A DNA stretch of 64,000 nucleotides from the human T2T-CHM13v2.0 reference genome, Homo sapiens. The notes beneath the pieces are model-generated. The model was given only the letters and a program-made list of their open reading frames with translations, did not search any database and was not told the origin of the DNA. The number at the start of each line of letters is the position of its first letter. Position 1 is the stretch's first letter. Below, piece by piece: positions 50,525 to 64,000 of this stretch. Where the stretch lies: assembly GCF_009914755.1 (NCBI RefSeq), contig NC_060925.1, one strand, 5' to 3'. The translations under genes were made by a program, and so were the position numbers.

Positions 50525-52202
50525 GTATGATACATCCAGGTGCCTAACTGCCCCAGATATTTTTGTAGATTTTTATGAGCTGAAATATCTGTGGATATGT
50601 CATTTTTATGTCTTTCTGCTTTTTCTCTTTCTGCCTTTTTCTCTCATTTTTCTGTGTCCACTTACCTTTCTGTTCATTTAATGAATATTTGACAGTTACA
50701 CTGATTGCTTTCTGCTAATGGAATGGAAACCCTAGTCTGTTGTTTAGAGCATTTCCATCTATTCTGTTCCTTAATGCTTCCTCAGCTCTCTCTCTTCCTC
50801 AGCCATGACCGTATATCCTGAATAGGAACATACCAGTTAGGTGTCTACGTTCCTCCTTTCCATCCCAGTTGAAGTCATCAGTGTGCAGAAAAAAATTCTT
50901 GCATCAAGAGCCTAGATTAAATAACCTGTTAGATCATGTCTAACTCTAGGATTGTGTATAAGTGCTAATGCAACTTGGATTCCATCGAGCCAGGATAAGA
51001 TGGATGTCAATGAGAAGAAAGTGTGGTATCAATGAAGGAGAAAAGAATGTGGTTTGTAACTTGTCTGTACTGAGATTGGACTTTGGTTTTGAGAATATTG
51101 TCATTATTAAGTGGTTTAGGATTTCCCTGGTGCAATTTTAATATTTTCCTGGGAAAGTCTTTACAATGAATATATTTTCCTCTAAGAAAGAAGATTTTTG
51201 CATTATTAAATGTTTAGAAGAATTTTAGATGGGCTTTGTATTAGAATACTTCTAATGTGGTGTTAGAATACTTCTCTTCAGTGGCACAGCATCTGAATGT
51301 CAGACTTTTCATTTCATTCTTATAAGCTTTTTTCCAGTAGGAGGGAAGGATTGAAGAGTTATTTAATATATATTATTCTAGCAAGAAAATAAGGGTGCTC
51401 TTGTCCCTTCTTCAGACAGGTTCTTGTTTTTACTGTGCCTTTGGCTGAAGGGAAGAATCCTGGTTCTTGTTAGAAATTCTCACCCTTATTTTTTAAGAAA
51501 GGACATTTTTTTTTTTCTGAAAATATATGTATACATGAAGCACAAAAAAGGAATGTGGAAGGTGGTTTGATTGCTTTTGGATTTCTCCAGTAGAAACTGT
51601 ATCCCAGCTTCCGTATTACCAACAAACACAAGGACAGTGTATACTCCCGTTGTCTGTGCCATGACCATAGCAGGTCAGGTTTCAAGTTCTATATGAGTAA
51701 GGTTAGGACAGTAACTATCATTCATACCTGATTTTTCAGTCTTGTTCATTGTCTTTTGAAGAGGACAGCTCTATAGGGGCTTTTCTTATACAGTTAAACC
51801 AATAAGATCTATAAACTTGACTTCTGCTGAGTATGCATTTTTAATCTAATTCTCATAGCAGATAGTTTTCAATGCCCTCAGTTCGGGTTTCAAACCCACC
51901 CTTCTTCACTGCTCTTTCACTAACCATTATGTGGTAACCATTTGTGTTTCTCTATCAGTGCTACTATCCTTCTTCAGACTGCCTACAGTATTTTTTGTCT
52001 TATACTAGATAAATAGGTGTAGTTTGCATGTTATGGTTTAAATTGGCTGCTGCCATTTCACTGAATTGACCACTAAATCAACCTGAGGACCTTAAAGATA
52101 CTGCTTTGAGCATTGGGTGGTTGTCTGTCTGTCCCCCCCCCCACCCCCATTCCTGCTTTGTAACAAAAACTGAAAGTAGCTATGAAATCATAATCTTATT
52201 AA

Positions 52203-52594
<392 letters not shown>

Positions 52595-52709
52595 TAAATT
52601 TTAGTCATACTTTTGGCTGCCAAAAAAATTAATACATTGATGTTTTCTATACATGCTTTGTACTGGCATTTAATAGTGAAGTTACTTCACTATTTTTCTT
52701 TATTCTCAG

Positions 52710-52762
52710 GTGCATGGAGGACTGCAACAGAGGAGTGGGGGACTGAAGATTGGAATGAAGAT
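52710..52762 (+). CDS. UBAP2L: UBAP2L exon 9: (S)AWRTATEEWGTEDWNED
   Basis: TCTCAG|GT, GAT|GTAGGT, 53 nt. Confidence 0.95.
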
Positions 52763-54413
52763 GTAGGTATTCCCAGGTCATTCCTCACTAATGCCTTCTA
52801 TCCCTAAGTGTTGTTTAGGGATAGAAAATGGGTATGTTTCTACCCCTCAAAATTCACCCTTAAGATTCTGACCCAAAACTTTTACATCCAAAATAGTGTT
52901 CTGAGCCAGAACATTTCACATATGTTATATGAAGGAGACTGGGCATGAACAGGACTCTGTGGAACCACACTATGGAAAGGGCAAGTGCACTTGTGTAAGT
53001 CCAATATCTGATTGTCGGATTTATCCCAGGAAGAGATTGGTGGTTGGGTAGGGCACCAGAAGTGGAGTTAGGCAGGTAGTGCATTGAGTAACAGCTGCTG
53101 GTGGTACATGACTACTTGGTGCATTTAAGTATTTGCTATAAGGTCCTGTAATGGATTGGCAGTGGATCCAAAGCGAGTGTTGTGGTACCAAATCCTCAAA
53201 CTTGTAATCTGGTTGACTCTGGAACCCTTGTATTTATTTGAAGCCCAACTGTATAATTGTGATTGAGATGAATATCTGTAGAATTGGCTATCTGCCAGCT
53301 TGACTTAACTTGGAAACCTCATAGATGGGTGGCACGTAAACAAGCTCTGTGAATTCATTTGAGTACTACCTGAGTAAGAATTTTGCTGATTCCTGGTCAC
53401 AGTCAAGCTTCTGCTGTGAATTATGGTTTTCAGTGATCATGGATAAACTCTTGTTTTAACATTTTTAATCTATGTACTTTTCTATACTTTCATGTAGTTA
53501 GGCAAGACAGCTTTTGTGATAAGAGGAAATGACATGTGAAGACTGTTTTGGTTGCCAATTCTGGGTTTTTTAAATTTCAGAGGCATCAGCATCACAGGGT
53601 GATTATTTTCTATTGTATAATCAATGAACTAGACTGCTTTGTGAAAATGGGCAAATTATGTTCCTTTCTGAGATTTGGCTTGTCCGCTTAAGCAACTTTC
53701 AGAGAATGATAAATGGTGTTGGGCATTGAGGGGAGAGTGGATTTTCTGTGCTTTAGCGATTTTAATCAAGAAATAAAACTGAAACCCAAATCAACTTTTG
53801 AATAGTAGGAAAAGTTAATCCCTGCATTTGCTTACCTAAGTTTGATGCCTTAATAGTGGAAGGACTAGATGTCACAAAGTCAAATATTAAGGCAAAAATA
53901 ACATCTAGTTAAAACGATCTCCCATAAAAACCTTAATTCAGCAGCACTTGGGCCCTTACTGCTCAAAAGCTAAAAATGAACTTCTTTTATTTATTTCTTC
54001 ATCTTGGTTATGATCTTTCTTTGGGAGGGGTGGGGCTGTGAAGGGAGTAGTAGAAGACAAATGTGGTTTGGGAAGAGGTGGGAGTTGGGAACTGTAATGG
54101 GAAAATATAGAGGGATTTTCTTTCTTTTATTTTTTTTTTTTTATGTCTAGCATGCCTGTAAGTTCAGTATGCATATGATCATGTGACTCCACTATATTTT
54201 ATTGGGTTCCTTGCTTCTACTCTTTCTTTGGCTAAAACTATTGAGCATATATTGAAGGGCTTGAAAGTCAATCCATTCAGGATTCCTCAGGGTAGATAGT
54301 TTTCTCTTTATAGGGCTTTCACTTTTTCTTGATGTTGAATTCCCCTTACCTATGCCAAGTTTCTGACTGTAGCATCCCTGACACCAAGAGTGACTAATCC
54401 CTCTGTTTTCCAG

Positions 54414-54499
54414 CTTTCTGAGACCAAGATCTTCACTGCCTCTAATGTGTCTTCAGTGCCTCTGCCTGCGGAGAATGTGACAATCACTGCTGGTCAGAG
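54414..54499 (+). CDS. UBAP2L: UBAP2L exon 10: LSETKIFTASNVSSVPLPAENVTITAGQ(R); ends at a GC donor
   Basis: TTCCAG|CTT; AG|GCAAGT gives the phase needed for exon 11; 86 nt. Confidence 0.93.
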
Positions 54500-54558
54500 G
54501 CAAGTGTGCAGTAAAATTTAGTACCATTTCTTAAACACATCTGCTGAGATTACTGTAA

Positions 54559-54955
<397 letters not shown>

Positions 54956-55369
54956 TGATGGAGAGACTTCTAAGAGTTAGTACTAGTTAATCTGCTGAAT
55001 GGAAGTTGATATGTTACAATTTTAAAGTTGATTCTCCCTGCAAATAGCACTTTAATTACAAAGATCAGCCTTTCATATCACCAGCATTGAGTATATAACT
55101 TGTTTTGAAGTAAGTCAGGGAAAGAAGAGCCAAAAGTGGAAATGTTTTCATTTATTTCTGAATCTTTTAGAACTGTTCAGCAGTTTATTCTCCTGTTCTC
55201 TGAGCCCACTGAGTATAACAGTTGTTTTTTTCCTTTGGATCAGCAGGATCCAGCTAATAAACGTTTTAGAATTTAAATCTCTAGGGATCAGTGGTAGGAG
55301 ATACACTCTTCAGGGAATATTTTTAATTCGCTGGAAACCTCTTGGATTTTTTCTAGACCTGAGCCTGAT

Positions 55370-56617
<1,248 letters not shown>

Positions 56618-56799
56618 GGTAACTTTTGAAATTTTACGAAAATTGTGGGAAAAAATATCTCTCAGACTGCCCCTGTTCTAAAGCCATTTGAAGATTCCAG
56701 TGTTCTGGTATATGATTTTCTGTTTTAGGAATTGGTAATGACAGGTATTCAGTATTAAAATCATGGATAAGTACTTGTAAGTTTTGGCTGAGTTATTGA

Positions 56800-56907
<108 letters not shown>

Positions 56908-57400
56908 TGAGACCATCCTGGCTAACACGTGAAACCCCTTCTCTATTAAAAATACAAAAAAAAAAAATTAGCCGGGCGTGGTGGCAGGCACCTGTAGTCC
57001 CAGCTACAGGCTGAGGCAGGAGAATGGCGTGAACCCAGGAGGCAGAGCTAGCAGTGAGCCAAGATTGCACCACTGCACTCCAGCCTGGGTGACAGAGCGA
57101 GACTTTCTCGAAACAAACAAACAAACAAAAACTAGCATTTGATATTTCATTAAATTAATAACTTCACTTAAAAAATTAACCATTATTATTGGCAACATCA
57201 GTGGAATTCAGCTATATACTGTAGTGACTCTTATGCATCAGTTATTTTGGGACATTTAAGCATTTCAAGGCTTTTGTGTTTGAACCCTTTTAGAAGAAGC
57301 CCCAGCAAGTGGCTTCATTTTGATCTAATCTGATTTGAGTGTTGGGGAATGTTAGCGTGTTCAGTCATTCTTCATGAAGATCCCTTCCCTTCCCCATTAG

Positions 57401-57572
57401 AATTGACCTTGCTGTTCTGCTGGGGAAGACACCATCTACAATGGAGAATGATTCATCTAATCTGGATCCGTCTCAGGCTCCTTCTCTGGCCCAGCCTCTG
57501 GTGTTCAGTAATTCGAAGCAGACTGCCATATCACAGCCTGCTTCAGGGAACACATTTTCTCATCACAGTATG
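57401..57572 (+). CDS. UBAP2L: UBAP2L exon 11: (R)IDLAVLLGKTPSTMEND...GNTFSHHSM
   Basis: CATTAG|A, ATG|GTGAGT, 172 nt. Confidence 0.95.
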
Positions 57573-59145
57573 GTGAGTAGGAAACGTGGTTTATCCTAAT
57601 CAAACCTTCCTGCTAATCCTAGCACACATACACAGTTCCTTCCAAAGACAGTCAGGTTTTTGGCAGGTGAAGCATCCTCTTTGTCTTCTTAAGCAGACTT
57701 GGTTGTAGAAATGTTTGAGTTGGGTAATAGGGGGTAGCTCTAAGAGAGGACTTAGTTCTGGACAGACTGAATATTCTTATAAGAATAAGTTAACATTATT
57801 TATTGACTACTCATTGTGCTGAATGAACACCATTTGCCATTACTCTTGAGAGAAAATCAATGACATAAACTTGTCAATACATTTTAATCCTTTTGCAGCC
57901 CTCATTAAACTATGATGGGAGATTGTAGCAGTTCCCCATTTCTTGATGGATCAGAATTGTCTTGTATATTTACTTAAACCAGGTATTTGTAGACAAGGCC
58001 TCCAGAAACCTATGGTCTTCCCATTTCTGCCACTTACTAGCTGTGTCTCCATTTCTATGTAAATAGGGATAAAAGTGCTAGTCCTTCCCATCTTCCCAAA
58101 GGTGGCTATACAAGTGTGGTTTCAGTAGTGATATTATAAATAACTTAGAACTTATGACATATTACTTGTTGACTCAGAGCATTTAAAACATCCAAGGTCA
58201 TTAACGACATCAAAGGAATCATTTAAACTAAACAAAGATGCTACAAGTACCAGTTTTCTCATAGTCATTGAGTCCTGAGAAGTACTGTTTTTTCTTTTTT
58301 TCTCTTTTTCTCTCCTATTTTTTGATGGAGGGATACTAAAGTTGTAAGCAGACCATGTGTGTGCATATAATTTTATTTTTCCAGTTAGAGTAATTAGTTT
58401 AACTAGAAAACTGCCAAGCTAGCTACTAATTCAGAACTCGGTCAGTTTTTAATTGTTGTCTTAAAATGTTTTTTGTGTGTGTTAAGTTAGTAATTTGGTG
58501 GTCGATGTCCTGCCACATAGGAAAGGTAACAGGTGAGAAGAGGTGGGAGGAGAAGGGAAATGGAGAGAAGTGTTGGGATTAAATAGAAAAAGAAGAAAGA
58601 AAATAGGACAAAGGTTGTAAGAAGGTGTAATGAAGATCAAGAAGTAACTACCAACCCTTAAAGATAAATGACTGGAAAATGTGATTATGTGATCTATGTC
58701 TCTTAATTGCCCTCTTAATGTCTGGAATTGTGAAAATTTACAACGAAATCAGACTTTTGATATCAAAAAGATGTTTTCAGCTGGGGACAGTGACACGTTC
58801 CTGTAGTCTCAGCTACTCTGGAGGCTGAAGTGGGAGGATTGCTTGAGACTAGGAGTTCAAGACTATAGTGAGCTTTGAGCTCACCACTGTACTCCAGCCT
58901 GGGTGACAGAATGAAACCCTTTCTCTAAAAAAAAATTTTTTTTAAATAAAAATGTGAAAACTAAGTATAAATACTATTCTGTTTTTTTGTTGCCTGTACT
59001 AATCAATATGTTAGATAATGTAATTTCCTTTCTATTGAGAATAAATGTTAGAGGATTAATTTCACTTAAAATTTAATAGAGCTAAATAACATGGGAGTTT
59101 CTTTATATTTTTATGTATAATACAGTGAACACTAGGTAATTTTAA

Positions 59146-59395
<250 letters not shown>

Positions 59396-59825
59396 TAAGG
59401 TGAGCTGCCCGCCTCAGCCTCCCAAAGTGCTGGGATTACAGGCGTGAGCCACCGCATTCGGCCCAGTGATTACCCTATAGAACTTGTATGTACATGGAGA
59501 AAACAATCAAATCATACTGACTTGCTACTTGATTGTCTAGTGCAGAAGTTGGGATGCCCTTTAACTTTTCCTTTTTGCCTCTGTGCTAGTTATTAGCAGC
59601 ATCGAGATGAGGCTCCAGTTAATTGTTGTTTCTTTTGAGTTTTTTTAATGAGAAGGGCAAGGACCTTAATGGCAAAAGTAAAATCTTATATTACATTTAT
59701 GTTAATTGTATTGGTTGATTTAAAAATTCTCGGCTGGGTGTGATGGCTCACGCCTCTAATCCCAGCACTTTGGGAGGCCGAGGCGGGTGGATCACGAGGT
59801 CAGGAGATCGAGACCATCCTGGCTA

Positions 59826-60239
<414 letters not shown>

Positions 60240-60435
60240 TTACATAGCCAGGATTTCAATCTAAGACAGTCTGACTCTAGGTCCTATACTCTAGTGGACT
60301 ATGCTGTATACTCAGTGTGACAGTATTCTTTACTTGCCTGATCTATACTGGCTCTCGGTCTGGATAAGTGTCTTTATGAGTAGCTGAACAAGGTTACTGG
60401 CTGTAGGTTTCTCTCATCTCTTTGTTGATCTACAG

Positions 60436-60634
60436 GTGAGCATGTTAGGGAAAGGATTTGGTGATGTCGGTGAAGCTAAAGGCGGCAGTACTACAGGCTC
60501 CCAGTTCTTGGAGCAATTCAAGACTGCCCAAGCCCTGGCTCAGTTGGCAGCTCAGCATTCTCAGTCTGGAAGCACCACCACCTCCTCTTGGGACATGGGC
60601 TCGACGACACAATCCCCATCACTGGTGCAGTATG
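60436..60634 (+). CDS. UBAP2L: UBAP2L exon 12: VSMLGKGFGDVGEAKGG...QSPSLVQY(D)
   Basis: CTACAG|GTG, G|GTGAGA, 199 nt. Confidence 0.95.
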
Positions 60635-62237
60635 GTGAGAAGATGGAAAGTGACTTGAATCTTTAAAGCATTGGAGCATTACTGTCAAGAGGCTAGCAGG
60701 GGGAGGGGGTGGAGAATGTGTCCTGAAGTGAAGAAAAGGGGCAGCTAGTTGGTTACCTTCCCACATGTATTTCCCCTAATCAAATAAGCTGAATTCAAGA
60801 AGTTGGGGAATAATAAAATTTGAGGCTATGTATTTCTCATCACATTTAGAGGCTGGGCATGGTAGCTTACACCTGTAATCCTAGCACTTTGGGAGGTTGA
60901 AGTGGGAGGACAGCCTGAGCCTTAGGAGTTCAAGAACAGCCTGAGCAACATATCAAGACTCCATTTCTAAAAAAATTGTTTTCAATTAGCTGAGTGCGGT
61001 GGTGTGCACCTGTGGTCCCAGCCCCTAGTGAGGGTGAGCTAGTGTGAAGCTAGCTTTCCGCAAAAAAAAAAAAAAAAAGAAAAATTTTTAACCATATACA
61101 TAGTTGCAGTCTTCTGTTGATTGGGGTTTTAATTATTATTATTATTCTCCTTAGATTTATCTTCAGTGTTTGAAAATAACATATTGCCTCCAGGTTCTTA
61201 GGCTTAGCCATCTTAAGACCTTATACAGTAAGTCTTCACTTAATGTCATTGATAGGTTCTTGCGACTTTATGCGAAACATAAGACAAGGTCTAGTTCTGT
61301 CATCCAGACCGGAGTACAGTGGCACTATCTTGGCTCACTCATCTTCCTGGGCTCAAGCAATCCTCCCACCTGAGCCTCCTGAGTAGCTGGGACCACAGGC
61401 TTGTACCACCATGCCTGGCTAATTTTTAATTTTTTGTAGAGATGGGTTTTCACCGTGTTGCCCAGGTGTGTCTCTTGGGCTCAGGCGATCTGCTGGTCTT
61501 GGCCTCCCAAAGTGATGGGATTGCAGGCGTGAGCCATTGCACCTGGCCATTTTTTTTTCCTCATCAACATTATAATGAAATCATGTTGAAGGAAACAACG
61601 TTATGCCAAGATATGCCATGCCTTGTTTTTGCTTAAAGCCAGTTTCCAAGCACCTATGGATGTTAAATGAGAACTTGCGGTACTTTAAACTTGGACAATT
61701 TGTGCATTCCTGTCTTACACAGACAGGGTAATGTTGATTTAGTTAGGCTTTATTTAAGGATGGTTGTAGGCCAGGTGCGGCAGCTCATGCCTGTAATCCT
61801 AGCACTTCGAGAAGCCGAGGCGGACGGATCACTTGAGGTCAGGAGTTCGAGACCAGCCTGGCCAACATGACAAAACCCCGTGTCTACTAAAAACACAAAA
61901 ATTAGCCAGGCATGGTGGCGCGCGCCTGTAGTCCCAGCTACTCTGAGGCAAGAGAATTGCTTTAACCCAGGAGTCGGATGTTGAAGTGGGCTGAGATTGC
62001 ACCATTGCATTCCAGCCTGGGTGACAGAGCAAGACTCCCATCTCAAAAAAAAAAAAAAAAAAAAGATGTAATCCAGTGATTGTCACCTATAGAAATGAGA
62101 TTAAGCCCCAAAAGAGGGCCTGCTTATATGAGTTTCTGATTTTTACAGTCCTCATTCATGGTGCTAGTGCAGGACAATAGCATTTCCTTGAGATTCATTA
62201 GCATCTCTGGCTTCATATACTGGGTTTCCTCTTGCAG

Positions 62238-62515
62238 ATTTGAAGAACCCAAGTGATTCAGCAGTGCACAGCCCCTTTACAAAGCGCCAGGCTTTTACCC
62301 CATCTTCAACCATGATGGAGGTGTTCCTTCAGGAGAAGTCACCTGCAGTGGCTACCTCCACAGCTGCACCTCCACCTCCGTCTTCTCCTCTGCCAAGCAA
62401 ATCCACATCGGCTCCACAGATGTCGCCTGGATCTTCAGACAACCAGTCCTCTAGCCCTCAGCCGGCTCAGCAGAAACTGAAACAGCAGAAGAAAAAAGCC
62501 TCCTTGACTTCTAAG
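62238..62515 (+). CDS. UBAP2L: UBAP2L exon 13: (D)LKNPSDSAVHSPFTKR...KKKASLTSK
   Basis: TTGCAG|AT, AAG|GTACT, 278 nt; S/P-rich. Confidence 0.95.
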
Positions 62516-62677
62516 GTACTTAAACTTTTAGGTAGATACCATTTTATGGCAAGGGGTGTGGGGCTTGAGAATTGAGATTAAAAGGGTAAGTTTGGAAATT
62601 TAAAGGGAAGGGTTTTTTTTAGTCTTTAGTAAGGTTGTATTAAAGCCATTACTTTCTCTTCTCCTTCAACTTTATAG

Positions 62678-62850
62678 ATTCCTGCTCTGGCTGTGGAGAT
62701 GCCTGGCTCAGCAGATATCTCAGGGCTAAACCTGCAGTTTGGGGCATTGCAGTTTGGGTCAGAGCCTGTCCTTTCTGATTATGAGTCCACCCCCACCACG
62801 AGCGCCTCTTCAAGCCAGGCTCCAAGTAGCCTGTATACCAGCACGGCCAG
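62678..62850 (+). CDS. UBAP2L: UBAP2L exon 14: IPALAVEMPGSADISGLNLQFGALQFGSEP...LYTSTA(S) (DUF3697 / G3BP-binding FG motifs); gene continues past the window
   Basis: TATAG|ATT, AG|GTAGAG, 173 nt. Confidence 0.95.
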
Positions 62851-63026
62851 GTAGAGGAAACATTAACCATAAGACCTCTCTTATTAACCTTTACTACTTT
62901 TTTAATCTGTGGGAGATTTCTAGAACTCTGGAGAGGCCAAGCCCCTCTGCATGGCTGAGGGGGAAAGTAGTCAGTCATAGCATTTTTAGTGCTTTAAAAT
63001 ATTGTTATTAGGGTTATCTGTAACTA

Positions 63027-63601
<575 letters not shown>

Positions 63602-63604
63602 TGA

Positions 63605-63934
<330 letters not shown>

Positions 63935-64000
63935 TAGTAGACATGGGGTTTCACCATGTTGTTCAGGCCAGTCTTGAACTCCTGAATGGAGATGATCTGC

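Overview
Human (or very close great-ape) genomic DNA, recognisable from its exon sequences as the 1q21.3 locus. Minus strand, right to left: C1orf43 (7 exons, complete 253-aa CDS), CFAP141/C1orf189 (4 exons), the MIR190B hairpin and the first two muscle-isoform exons of TPM3. Plus strand: UBAP2L non-coding first exons and coding exons 2-14 (about 554 codons; the gene continues past the window), sharing a CpG-island bidirectional promoter with C1orf43. The window is very Alu-rich, and nearly all ORF-track entries are Alu or random ORFs. Main observations: (1) an in-frame TAG at codon 41 of CFAP141, predicted to trigger NMD; (2) a UBAP2L cassette exon frameshifted by a 13-bp tandem-repeat lesion, a candidate poison exon; (3) clustered Pumilio elements directly before the UBAP2L AUG; (4) a tightly packed co-oriented C1orf43 > CFAP141 > MIR190B > TPM3 chain, with a splice donor at the miRNA hairpin end and an AG|GT site in the TPM3 5'UTR; (5) inverted Alus flanking UBAP2L exons 5-6 (circRNA architecture). 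Gene identities and orthologue comparisons are from memory, not database searches. Repeat boundaries are approximate.
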